This document shows, one piece after another, positions 9,164 through 18,458 of a DNA stretch of 64,000 bases. The stretch comes from Chloroflexota bacterium. Its GTDB lineage: Bacteria > Chloroflexota > Dehalococcoidia > Lucifugimonadales > UBA3495. The stretch is taken from positions 59,919-123,918 of the forward strand of contig JAQBVF010000006.1 of NCBI GenBank assembly GCA_027623675.1, written 5' to 3'. The position numbers and the translations under genes were made by a program. Below the pieces are notes generated by a model. It did not search any database and was not told where the DNA came from. It saw nothing but the letters and a program-made list of their open reading frames with translations. Each line of letters opens with the position of its first letter. Position 1 is the stretch's first letter.

Positions 9164-10219
9164 ATGGGTTCTGGGGTATTAAGCACATATAAAGAACTGC
9201 TCCCTCTGACCAGCGCTACGCCTATGATTACCATGGGGGAAGGCGATACGCCGCTGGTCAAGTCCAGCCGCCTGGGCCGGGAGATTGGCTGCCCAGAGTT
9301 GTATTTCAAACTGGAAGGCTGCAATCCCACCGGCTCGTTCAAAGACCGGGGCATGGTGGTGGCCATCGCCAAGGCGCTGGAGGAAGGCACCCAGGCAATC
9401 ATGTGCGCCTCCACGGGCAACACCAGCGCGTCGGCCGCCGCGTTCGGCGCCTATTGCGACATACCCACCTTCGTGCTGATACCCAAGGGCGAAGTCGCCA
9501 TGGGGAAGCTGGCCCAGGCCATGATTTACGGGGCCAAGGTCATCATGATCAATGGTAACTTCGATGTGGCCCTGGGGCTGGTCCGGGAGTTCACCGAGCG
9601 CAACGACGTAACCCTGGTAAACTCCGTGAACCCCAACCGCATCGAGGGTCAAAAGACCGCCGCCTTTGAGCTGGTAGACTCCCTAGGAGACGCCCCGGAC
9701 CTGCTGTTCATCCCCGTTGGCAACGCGGGCAACATCACGGCCTACTGGAAGGGCTTTCGGGAGTACCAGGACCTGGGCAAGAGCCAAACCCTGCCCCGCA
9801 TGATGGGATTCCAGGCCGAGGGTGCCGCGCCCATCGTTCGAGGCGAGATTGTAGCCCGGCCGCAGACCATAGCGTCGGCCATCCGTATCGGCAACCCAGC
9901 CAGTTGGAGCGGGGCAACCGAAGCCCGCGACAGGTCCGGCGGCGTGATCGATTCGGTGACGGATGACGAGATACTTGAAGCCTACCGGATGCTGGCCAGC
10001 AAAGAGGGAATCTTCTGTGAGCCGGCGTCGGCGGCCTCTTTTGCCGGCCTGGTGAAGATGCACCGCCAGGGCCTTGACCTGCACGACAAACGGGTCGTGT
10101 GCATCTGCACCGGGAATGGTCTGAAAGACCCTGACCTGGCTGTAAGCAGCGCCGGGGGGCAGGCGATCGAGGTTGCCGCAACCATCGAGGCTGTTGAAGA
10201 AGCTACCCTTGGTGGCTAG
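9164..10219 (+). CDS. thrC: Threonine synthase
   Basis: EGDTPL, EGCNPTGSFKDRG, CASTGNTSAS, PVGNAGN, FCEPASAA, TGNGLKD. Confidence 0.96.
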   Translation: MGSGVLSTYKELLPLTSATPMITMGEGDTPLVKSSRLGREIGCPELYFKLEGCNPTGSFKDRGMVVAIAKALEEGTQAIMCASTGNTSASAAAFGAYCDIPTFVLIPKGEVAMGKLAQAMIYGAKVIMINGNFDVALGLVREFTERNDVTLVNSVNPNRIEGQKTAAFELVDSLGDAPDLLFIPVGNAGNITAYWKGFREYQDLGKSQTLPRMMGFQAEGAAPIVRGEIVARPQTIASAIRIGNPASWSGATEARDRSGGVIDSVTDDEILEAYRMLASKEGIFCEPASAASFAGLVKMHRQGLDLHDKRVVCICTGNGLKDPDLAVSSAGGQAIEVAATIEAVEEATLGG

Positions 10220-10310
10220 GGATAAGATCTAAGCTGTCGAAACGCCTGCTCCTCACGTCGGGGCTTAGCAGGAAACTGGAATCGGCGAACGGCGAATTGG
10301 GGGAATCAAA

Positions 10311-10871
10311 ACGGTCCAGCAACAGCGCATAAAGCAGGCGGTCACCGAGATATTGGCGGCCATCGGAGATGATCCGGCCCGTGAGGGATTGCGAGACACT
10401 CCTGACCGGGTTGCGCGGATGTACCAAGACCTCTTCTCCGGTATTGGCAGCAATGTCGATGACGCCATAGACGCGGTATTCGAGGCTGAGAGCCAGGACC
10501 CGGTGATCGTGACTGGGCTGGTCTTCTACTCCGTGTGCGAGCATCATCTGCTACCGTTCTTCGGCGAGGCCCGTATCGGCTACGTCCCCAACGGCAAGAT
10601 CTCCGGAATCAGCAAATTGGCCAGGGCGTTGGAAGTTGCAGCCCACCGCCCTCAGGTCCAGGAACGGCTCACCGCGGACGTTGCCGGCTCCATATTCAAT
10701 GTGCTTCAACCCGAGGGCGTGATCGTTGAGTTGGAGGCGGAACATTTGTGCATGGCCATGCGGGGTGTTAACAAACCGGGCACGCGGGTGCTCACATCGG
10801 CCAGCCGGGGAGATTTCAAGAATTATCGATCGGGACAGCAAGGACTGCAGGCCCTGATGCACAGCAGATAA
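10311..10871 (+). CDS. folE: GTP cyclohydrolase I (start uncertain: ACG 10311 or TTG 10353)
   Basis: IGDDPAREGLRDTPDRVARMY, CEHHLLPFFG, SKLAR, PQVQERLT, EAEHLCMAMRG. Confidence 0.93.
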   Translation, partial: TVQQQRIKQAVTEILAAIGDDPAREGLRDTPDRVARMYQDLFSGIGSNVDDAIDAVFEAESQDPVIVTGLVFYSVCEHHLLPFFGEARIGYVPNGKISGISKLARALEVAAHRPQVQERLTADVAGSIFNVLQPEGVIVELEAEHLCMAMRGVNKPGTRVLTSASRGDFKNYRSGQQGLQALMHSR

Positions 10872-10942
10872 GATTCGACGAAACCGAGTATCCGTTAGCA
10901 GTTAAACGTTGACGGAAATGGCGATTCAATAGTAGGTAAATA

Positions 10943-11920
10943 TTGGCGAATACACCCATTACATCGTTTCAAGACATTCAGGCGGACTGGGAGTCTGTGC
11001 TGAAGGACTGCCCGGCCGACACTCTGTTCATATCTCCCGACTGGCAGAAGGTCTGGTGGGATTCCTTCGGCGATGGCCGGACAATGGTCGGATTCTCCTA
11101 CCCCAATTCCGATGGAGTGGCCGGCATCGCTTCACTGGCCAAACAGGGCGACACCGTCTCATTCGTCGGCAGTCAGGATACCTTCGATTACAACGATTTC
11201 GCCATCCGGCCAGGCAACGAAGAGGGTTTCTACGAGACCCTTTTGGATTGCATGGAAGACCAGGATTGCCGGCTGCTGCGGCTGGATTCGCTTAGAGACG
11301 ATTCCACTACGCTTGATCTTCTGCCTGACATGGCGCGCAGCCGAGGGTTCACCGTGGAGATTGAAGAGGAGGACGTTACCTCCGGAATCGACCTCCCCGG
11401 CACCTGGGACGAATACCTGGGTCTGCTGAACAAGAAGGACCGCCACGAACTACGCCGCAAGCTGCGCAGGATGGATTCCCAGACGGATTGGAAGTGGTAC
11501 AGCCTATCGGAACCGGCCCAGGTGGCCGAACGGCTGGACGAGTTCATATCCCTGATGCGCCAGAGCCGCCCGGACAAAGATGAGTTCATGACGCCGGAAC
11601 GGGAGGCGTTCTTCCACAGCATGACCCAGCGCATGGCCGAACTGGGCCGGCTCAAGTTGTATTTCCTGGATATGGACGGCTCCACCGTGGCCACGTGTAT
11701 GTGCTTTGACTATCGGGACTCCCGCCTGTTATACAATAGTGGCTACGATCCAGAATACGCCTATTACAGCGTTGGCCTGCTGCTCAATGCCATGAGCCTG
11801 AAAGACGCGATAGATCAAGGCCTAAGCTACTTCGACTTCCTGCGCGGCCCCGAGCCGTACAAGGCGCATCTTGGCGGACGGCAGAGGAACCTGTATCAGA
11901 TGCTTGTAAAGAAAAGTTGA
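10943..11920 (+). CDS. GNAT-fold protein, CelD/BcsL (FemAB-related) type
   Basis: LFISPDWQKVWW, DYNDF, WDEYLGLLNKKDRHELRRKLRR, LYNSGYDPEY..SVGLLL, YFDFLRGPEPYK. Confidence 0.8.
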   Translation: MANTPITSFQDIQADWESVLKDCPADTLFISPDWQKVWWDSFGDGRTMVGFSYPNSDGVAGIASLAKQGDTVSFVGSQDTFDYNDFAIRPGNEEGFYETLLDCMEDQDCRLLRLDSLRDDSTTLDLLPDMARSRGFTVEIEEEDVTSGIDLPGTWDEYLGLLNKKDRHELRRKLRRMDSQTDWKWYSLSEPAQVAERLDEFISLMRQSRPDKDEFMTPEREAFFHSMTQRMAELGRLKLYFLDMDGSTVATCMCFDYRDSRLLYNSGYDPEYAYYSVGLLLNAMSLKDAIDQGLSYFDFLRGPEPYKAHLGGRQRNLYQMLVKKS

Positions 11921-13128
11921 GCGTGGAAAGGGCCGCATTCATCACCCTCCACGCCTGCCCCCTGGCTGCTCCCGGACAGGGAAAGTCTGGCGGCATGAAC
12001 GTATATGTCAGGCAGTTGGCCGCTGCCCTGGGCGATATGGGGATGCAGATAGACATCTTCACCCGGGAGCACACCGGTGTCGTCAACCGCATCGAGAACA
12101 TCGGCCCCAATGTTCGGGTGGTCCATATCAAGGCCGGTGAGCCTGAAGCCCACGTGGAAGACCTCTACGCCTTGCTCCCCGAGTTCTTGGACCAACTGAA
12201 TGCCTTCCGTGAGGAAGAGGGTCTAACTTACGATGTGGTCCACTCTCATTACTGGCTGTCGTCCTGGATCGGCCGGGAATTGTCCCGGGCCACGGGCGCG
12301 CCCCACGTGGTGACCTTCCACACTTTGGGCCTTATCAAGATGCAATCACGCGCCGGAGAGGTGGAGCAGGCGGAACGTCTCGTGGTGGAACGCGAGGTCA
12401 TGGCCAGCGCCGACCGGATAATCGCATTCAGCCCCCACGAGCGCGACGCCATGGCCAGGCTCTATGGCGCCGATGCCAACAAAGTTTCGCTGGTGCACTG
12501 CGGAGTGGACCTGTCCGTGTTCCGGCCCTTGGACCAGAGATTGGTCCGGCGGCGCCTGGGTTTGAACGGCGAAAAGATTCTCCTCTACGTTGGCCGCATT
12601 GAGCCGCTGAAAGGTCTAGATCTTCTGGTGGAAACGACAGCCCAGATGGACACGGGCGAGAGCGTCCGCATAATCGTCGTGGGCGCCGATGCCAACGGCG
12701 GCCAGGAGATGGACCGGGTCATGCAGTTGGCCAAAGAACGGGACCTGGACGGCCAGATCGACTTTGTCGGCCAGGTGGACCACCGCGACCTGCCCCTGTA
12801 CTACAACGCCGCCGATGTTTGTGTCGTGCCGTCGTACTACGAAAGTTTCGGGTTGGTGGCTTTGGAGTCCATGGCCTGTGGCACCCCAGTTGTCGCCACC
12901 CGAGTCGGTGGGCTGTCCACCATCATCCGCCATGGCCACACCGGCTATTTGAAATCGTGGCGGTGCCCGGAAGCCTTCGCCAACTCCGTGGAGATGATCA
13001 TCTCCAGCGACGACTTGCAGCAGAGCATGGGCGAAGCGGCCCGCACCCGCGCGGAAGGGATGGGCTGGGACAACGTCGCCGCCATCATGTGGGATGAGTA
13101 CGCCGTCTTGACCGCAAACGCGGCATGA
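11917..13128 (+). CDS. GT4 glycosyltransferase, MshA-like
   Basis: LHACPLAAPG.GKSGGMNVYV, DVVHSHYWLS, TFHTLG, VGRIEPLKG, PSYYESFGLVALESMACGTPV. Overlaps the GNAT gene stop by 4 nt. Confidence 0.88.
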   Translation: MSVERAAFITLHACPLAAPGQGKSGGMNVYVRQLAAALGDMGMQIDIFTREHTGVVNRIENIGPNVRVVHIKAGEPEAHVEDLYALLPEFLDQLNAFREEEGLTYDVVHSHYWLSSWIGRELSRATGAPHVVTFHTLGLIKMQSRAGEVEQAERLVVEREVMASADRIIAFSPHERDAMARLYGADANKVSLVHCGVDLSVFRPLDQRLVRRRLGLNGEKILLYVGRIEPLKGLDLLVETTAQMDTGESVRIIVVGADANGGQEMDRVMQLAKERDLDGQIDFVGQVDHRDLPLYYNAADVCVVPSYYESFGLVALESMACGTPVVATRVGGLSTIIRHGHTGYLKSWRCPEAFANSVEMIISSDDLQQSMGEAARTRAEGMGWDNVAAIMWDEYAVLTANAA

Positions 13129-13306
13129 GACGATAATATTTATTAACGGGCCTGGCGTTGTGGCCTGCTTCATCTCGTAATCTAGACTCGGTGTCGTTGA
13201 TGTCCGGTCCGCTATTTCGTCAACGGCCTGGCGCGACCACCAAGTCACCACTGCCTCGGCTGTCTACTCGGCTCAGAAGGCTCTGGTTATCGCACCGGAG
13301 GAAACC

Positions 13307-14053
13307 TTGCCCCCAGACTCCCCCGAACCCCCCTCAGGCAATCAGGCCCTGAAGGACGCTCTCAGGCGCCTATTTGGCCCATTGCGCCGGCCGGTGCTCC
13401 ATGTCCAGCGGACGATCGGCGCCGGTATCCTGGTGATATTGCCCATCGGAATCACGGCGCTGGTCCTGAAATTCTTCTTCGACCTGCTGGATCCGGTGTT
13501 GCAGCCGGTGCTCGACCTGCTGCCCGGCGATTCGGTAACGGGATTGGGACTGGTTGCGCTGTTCATATTGGTCTACCTGTTGGGCTTGTTCGCCGCCCAA
13601 GTCGTGGGCAGGCGGCTCATCAACGTGGGACACCGGGTCATGGAAGTTATTCCGCTGGTGAAGGGTATCTACGGGACCACCAGGATGGCGGTGGAGATCC
13701 TCTCCCACAGCGGCAATGGGCAAACCGGCGGCAACGGGGACGGAGATACCAAAGGCCGGCAGTATTCCGGTGTGGTGCTGATCGACTTTCCCAGGGACGG
13801 CATCAAATCCATCGGGCTCATCACATCGACCATGCTGGATACCGATGGAGAGGAAGTGCTGTCGGTCTACGTCCCGACCACGCCGATACCATCGTCTGGT
13901 TTCCTGGTCATCGTGTCGGCATCCGATGTTACGCGAACGGACTTGAGCGTGGAAGACGCCCTGAGAGTGGTGATCTCCGGAGGGATCAGGCTGGACGCGG
14001 TGTTCCGGCGGTCCGGATTTCAGGTGCCGGGGAAAACCCGCTCGAACCAGTGA
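13307..14053 (+). CDS. DUF502 family membrane protein
   Basis: AGILVILPIGIT, IPLVKGIY, VLIDFPRDG, VYVPTTPIPSSGF, SVEDALRVVISGG. Confidence 0.88.
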   Translation: MPPDSPEPPSGNQALKDALRRLFGPLRRPVLHVQRTIGAGILVILPIGITALVLKFFFDLLDPVLQPVLDLLPGDSVTGLGLVALFILVYLLGLFAAQVVGRRLINVGHRVMEVIPLVKGIYGTTRMAVEILSHSGNGQTGGNGDGDTKGRQYSGVVLIDFPRDGIKSIGLITSTMLDTDGEEVLSVYVPTTPIPSSGFLVIVSASDVTRTDLSVEDALRVVISGGIRLDAVFRRSGFQVPGKTRSNQ

Positions 14054-14925
14054 CGCTCGCCGGTAATCTTGAACCCGGTGGATGTGTATAACCGCACCCC
14101 CGGGTCGTTGTTTGAGTCGACTTCCAGCCCGATCTCGGCCAGTCCCACCGACCGCAGATGCTTCATACCCGCATGCAGGATGTGGCGGCTCAGACCCTGG
14201 CCACGGAACTCTGGCGTCACCCCAATCATGCCGATCATGCCCCGGGGACCATTCTCTGACGGCACCATCACCGTCCAGCAGTAGCCTGCCGGCTGGTCTC
14301 CCCGGAACAAGAACACGATCCCGGCTTTGGACGTGTTGGGCATGCTGGCCCGGTACGCGATCTGCTCCTCGGTATTGGGACAGAACCCCCAACTGCCGGT
14401 GAAAGCGGCATTCTGGACCTGAGTCAGTAGCGGCGTGTCGCCTGGCTGGAAAGATCGCACGGAGTACCCTTGGGGAAGCTCCAACTCCGGCAGGCTATCC
14501 TCACTCCAGAGCATGTCCAGGTAGGTGCGCGCAGGGGAAAACCCCAGCGATTCCAACAGGCTGCCTCTTTCCGAGTCCGGGGGCACGCAAACGTGGGCCA
14601 CCGCGACGCCCATACCCTGCGCCCGTGACACGGCCCGCCGCACCAACGCCGCTTCGTCCGGGCTGCCGGCCGGCGCCGGTGAGGTCAAAACTTCGATCAC
14701 TGAGCGGCTGATGGGGGCTTCCGAGTACACGAGAGCCATCCCCTTAATCTCCCCGGAGACTTCCAGAACGAAACAGTTCTCAGTCGGTTCCAATCCGGGT
14801 TGACCCAACACAGCATCAAAGGTGGTGCGGCAGAGCTCGTGTAGCTCGTCGTTGGTGCCGTTCTGGGAAGCCACGAATTCGACCAGGTCTGATCTGAGGT
14901 TGTTGGTGTAGTTAACGACTGGCAA
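14020..14925 (-). CDS. Tandem GNAT acetyltransferase, MshD (mycothiol synthase)-like
   Basis: Two GNAT domains; VRSFQPGD, QNAAF, GYCWT, IGVTPEFRGQGL, LEVDSNN..GVRLYTSTGF. Confidence 0.75.
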   Translation of the reverse strand: MPVVNYTNNLRSDLVEFVASQNGTNDELHELCRTTFDAVLGQPGLEPTENCFVLEVSGEIKGMALVYSEAPISRSVIEVLTSPAPAGSPDEAALVRRAVSRAQGMGVAVAHVCVPPDSERGSLLESLGFSPARTYLDMLWSEDSLPELELPQGYSVRSFQPGDTPLLTQVQNAAFTGSWGFCPNTEEQIAYRASMPNTSKAGIVFLFRGDQPAGYCWTVMVPSENGPRGMIGMIGVTPEFRGQGLSRHILHAGMKHLRSVGLAEIGLEVDSNNDPGVRLYTSTGFKITGERHWFERVFPGT

Positions 14926-15322
14926 TCAGGTCTTCCAGGCTGGTAAACTCTGAAACTGGGTGGTGAAGACTGAGGCTGACGAAATTCGACGCCAACCAGC
15001 GAAATGGGCGGCGGATGAGCCGGGTGGTTCTTGGCGTACCGTGCCTACAGAGCCGTGTCTGGTGGCTGGGGCAGATTGTAGCAGAGTATCCTACGGTTCA
15101 CAACGCCGGTTGATACCGCCTTTAATGGTAAATGATTCAAGCCACATAATCGTTAATGAATACTGATCTGGCACTTTGGTGTCTGATTCCGTAACACAAA
15201 CCGGATAAACCCTTGGCGACGAGTCTGGCCGCGGATGATTGCGGTCTGTTCCAGCGCCACAATCCCTGCATCCCAGGACATGGAGACACGCCAACGCCAG
15301 GCCATTAGGAGGCCCCGATTTA

Positions 15323-16051
15323 ATGCCCGAGCCAATGCCCGAGCCAATGAATGAAACCCCAGAGCGAGTTCTGGTTGTAACCCCCCACCCGGATGATGCC
15401 GATTTCTGGTGCGCCGGTACCGTCGCCAAATGGCTGGACGGCGGCGCGTCGGTCCGCTACGTGCTTTGCACCGATGGAGGCAAGGGAACCACCGACCCCA
15501 ACATCTCTTCGGCGGCCCTTTCCAAGATGCGGGAACAGGAGCAGGCGGATGCGGTCCAAGCCCTCGGCGTGCAGGAGTTGGTGTTGCTGCACCACCCCGA
15601 CGGCAGCCTTGAAGATAATGACGAGTTCCGAAGGGAGCTGGTCCGGCAGATTCGCCAGGTACGCCCGGATGTCGTGCTGTGCCCCGAGCCCTACCGGAAG
15701 AACCTGGCATGGCACCGGGACCACCGTATCACCGGGCAGGTCGCCTTGGACGCCGTATTCCCGTGCGCACGCGACCATCTGCACTTCGTCGAGCTATGGC
15801 GTGATGAAGGCTTGGAGCCGCACAAAACGCCAACCATGTTGTTCTGGGGGACGGAAGAGGCCGACACGATATCGGATATCTCCGAGTCGTTTGACGCCAA
15901 GCTTAAGGCGGTCAAGGCGCACAAAAGTCAGATGGACGGCCATAGCGATTCCGAGATCGCAGACTTCGTCAAAGAAAGGGCCAGAGATGCCGCCGGAAAC
16001 TCCGGACTGGAATTAGCTGAAGCCTTCAGGAAGCTCACCTTTCGGGTCTAA
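15323..16051 (+). CDS. PIG-L/LmbE family deacetylase (MshB/Mca/BshB superfamily)
   Basis: VVTPHPDDA, CTDGGKG, REQEQ..A...LG, HRDH. AGGAGG SD upstream of ATG 15323. Confidence 0.9.
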   Translation: MPEPMPEPMNETPERVLVVTPHPDDADFWCAGTVAKWLDGGASVRYVLCTDGGKGTTDPNISSAALSKMREQEQADAVQALGVQELVLLHHPDGSLEDNDEFRRELVRQIRQVRPDVVLCPEPYRKNLAWHRDHRITGQVALDAVFPCARDHLHFVELWRDEGLEPHKTPTMLFWGTEEADTISDISESFDAKLKAVKAHKSQMDGHSDSEIADFVKERARDAAGNSGLELAEAFRKLTFRV

Positions 16052-16094
16052 CTTTCTGGGTCTAACCTCTCGGGTCTAGCCTTCTGTGTCTAAT
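16039..16094. repeat. Degenerate 14-nt tandem repeat x4 derived from the gene 3' end
   Basis: ctttcgggtctaac / tttctgggtctaac / ctctcgggtctagc / cttctgtgtctaat. Confidence 0.8.
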
Positions 16095-16147
16095 CGGACG
16101 GGATCGGAGGCGGTCAACGTTGTTTGGTGCTTGGAAAGCGACCGCCT

Positions 16148-17809
16148 CTAAAGAGCGCCGGTACCTGGGTCGTTCAGCAATACCGGTCTCAGCAAGGGCA
16201 GCGCCGGGCCGCCAAACGAGAGCAGCCGGTCGTGAAACGTCTTGAGACTGTAAGCGCTGCCCTGCTCTCGCTGGTAATCCTCCCGCAGCTTCAGGATCAT
16301 CAGTTTGCCCAGGGTGTAGTTCAGGTATCCGGGGTCAAAGGTGCCCCGCAGCGCCTCCCGCCGGGCCGGCAACTCGGCCATATAGGCGTTCTCCATGAAG
16401 AACCGGGTGGCGTCCTCCAGCGTCATTTCCCCCGTATGCATCCCCAGCGAGCACATATAGCGGCAATTACGGACCAGGGCCTCTAGCAACTGGGTCAAGA
16501 GCAATCGCGGCTGCCCCGCTCCGTACCCGGTTTCCAGCATCATCTCCTCTGTGTAATGGGCCCAACCCTCGGTGAACGAGTAGGCCGTTGCCACTCGGTT
16601 GACCAGCGGCAACTCCCGTCCGTATCGGTTGTGCAGGTGATGCACGAAGTGGCCGGGGTAGACCTCGTGGATTGAGATGGTCTTCAACGTGTCGTAATTG
16701 AAGTTGGAGAGCCACTCTTCGCTCTGCTGGACGGTCCAGTCGTCTTCCACCGGCGTCACGTAGTAGAAAGACTCAGTGGCCTTCGTCTCCAGGGCGCCGG
16801 CGCTGTCCATGGCCGCAAAGGCGTAGCGCATGTAGGCCGGCGTCTCGATCACCTGACAGCGGTCCTCGGAGGGCACGCTGATGACGTCAAAGTCGATCAG
16901 CGACTGCCGGATGTCTTCAAGCATTTCCCGCGTTTCTGGTATCAGCCGCTGGGCTTGGGGGTGGTTACGGCCGATGTCCTCGACGATCTCTCCAACCCGC
17001 CGGCCCGGTGAGATGCTCTGGGCGACCTCTTTGATGCGGGAGAGGTTATCTTCCAGATTAGCCTGCCCGATGGCGGCAATCCGGCTTAGAGGAGCATCCA
17101 AACCCTCCCCGGTGGCCAACATGCCCGAATAGAGCTCCGGCCCGATGGCGAATCCCCCGGGACCGTGGGTACCCCTGGACTTGAGTCTTTCGGCGAACCG
17201 GTCCAGGGCGGCGGCAGCGGTCTCCCTGGCCTGGTCGAATTCCTTGACTACCTCAGGGTCTTTCACATCCTTCGAAGCTTGGGCCAGGTCCACCCGGTAG
17301 AAGCGGGCCATGCCGGAATAGCTCTCCACGCTCATGTCCACCACGTGGGATGACAAGCGTGCGGATAACGCCCGGTCCAGCACTTCAAGAAAATCGGGCG
17401 CCTGTTGCAAGACTGACGCCGCCGAACGCAGCCGGTCTTCCAACGGGGCGTAGTCACGGCGGATGTAGCCGCTCACGTTCAGGTACCCGCTATGGCGCAT
17501 CGGGTTGTTCTCGAGAGGCTTGAGGTCGTTGAAGATGAACTGCTCCCGGCGCAGGAATAGCTCCAACATCCGGTAGCTCATGCGGTCCGGCGCATCCAGG
17601 GCGTTCGGGTCCAGTTTGCCCAGGTCTTTTAGGCCTTGGCGCAACTCTGCAGACCGGCGGGCGTTCTGGGCGGGCGAGAGGTCCGGGAGGCGGCCATCGT
17701 ATTCGTGGCGGCCGATCCGGGACCCGGCGGTGGGATAGAAATCCCAGTGATCTTTGATCAGCCGTTCGGACAACCGTTGGAGATTCGCTTGAGTTTCGTT
17801 CTGTGCCAT
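16148..17809 (-). CDS. DUF885 family protein (metallopeptidase-like)
   Basis: HEVYPGH, FTEGWAHYTE, YTLGKL, FHDRLLSFG. GAGGAG SD before ATG 17809. Confidence 0.88.
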   Translation of the reverse strand: MAQNETQANLQRLSERLIKDHWDFYPTAGSRIGRHEYDGRLPDLSPAQNARRSAELRQGLKDLGKLDPNALDAPDRMSYRMLELFLRREQFIFNDLKPLENNPMRHSGYLNVSGYIRRDYAPLEDRLRSAASVLQQAPDFLEVLDRALSARLSSHVVDMSVESYSGMARFYRVDLAQASKDVKDPEVVKEFDQARETAAAALDRFAERLKSRGTHGPGGFAIGPELYSGMLATGEGLDAPLSRIAAIGQANLEDNLSRIKEVAQSISPGRRVGEIVEDIGRNHPQAQRLIPETREMLEDIRQSLIDFDVISVPSEDRCQVIETPAYMRYAFAAMDSAGALETKATESFYYVTPVEDDWTVQQSEEWLSNFNYDTLKTISIHEVYPGHFVHHLHNRYGRELPLVNRVATAYSFTEGWAHYTEEMMLETGYGAGQPRLLLTQLLEALVRNCRYMCSLGMHTGEMTLEDATRFFMENAYMAELPARREALRGTFDPGYLNYTLGKLMILKLREDYQREQGSAYSLKTFHDRLLSFGGPALPLLRPVLLNDPGTGAL

Positions 17810-17820
17810 CGCGCTCCTCA

Positions 17821-17853
17821 AATAAAAAGGGCGGCCCATCTGATGGACCGCCC
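17821..17853 (-). terminator. Intrinsic terminator-like hairpin after the EthD gene
   Basis: Minus strand GGGCGGTCCAT-cag-ATGGGCCGCCC followed by TTTTTATT. Confidence 0.7.
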
Positions 17854-17877
17854 GCATCCAGCCGTTTTCCGAGTGGC

Positions 17878-18192
17878 TTAGAGCAGCGTTTCGCTGATCT
17901 GGAATTGAGGCTTGATGTCGGTGTAATTGGCGATGTCTCCCATGACGGCGCCGCCGTGGGTCTTGAAGGCTTCGTGCACCTCATCAGCCGTGTTGAAATA
18001 GAGGTGCCCAACGGCGATGTAGGGTGCGGGGGCGTTGGGGTCGGCGCTGGAAACGCCCTTCTCCATCTCACCTTTGAGCAGACCCGCGGGGCCCAGCAGG
18101 CTTTGGACCAGGTTCAGATGCGTGGTGGTCCAATAGCCGTGGTCGAATTTCTTGCCTTCTTCGTTGGGGTAGAGGACGGTGACTTTAATCAT
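17878..18192 (-). CDS. EthD family reductase
   Basis: MIKVTVLYP..FDHGYW..HL..V, GHLYF, DIANYTDIKP. Confidence 0.88.
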   Translation of the reverse strand: MIKVTVLYPNEEGKKFDHGYWTTTHLNLVQSLLGPAGLLKGEMEKGVSSADPNAPAPYIAVGHLYFNTADEVHEAFKTHGGAVMGDIANYTDIKPQFQISETLL

Positions 18193-18458
18193 GGTTGATA
18201 CTCCCGATTACGCATTATGATTCGCAAGGTTTTTCGCGCATTGCGCGCGTTTCGACCAGTGTACTCGGCACGCCGGTGGCTGGCAATGCCAGTCTTGATA
18301 TTCAAGTTCGGGAAAAGCTATCCGATACCCATTTGGTACAATTAACCGGCCTCGAAAAATCCGCCTCCGGTGAGCTAATCAACGATAGATGGCGTACCTT
18401 TTCGGTCCGTACCGTCTCAACTCCAATCATTCGCAAGGAGCCACCCGCTCAATCAGAT

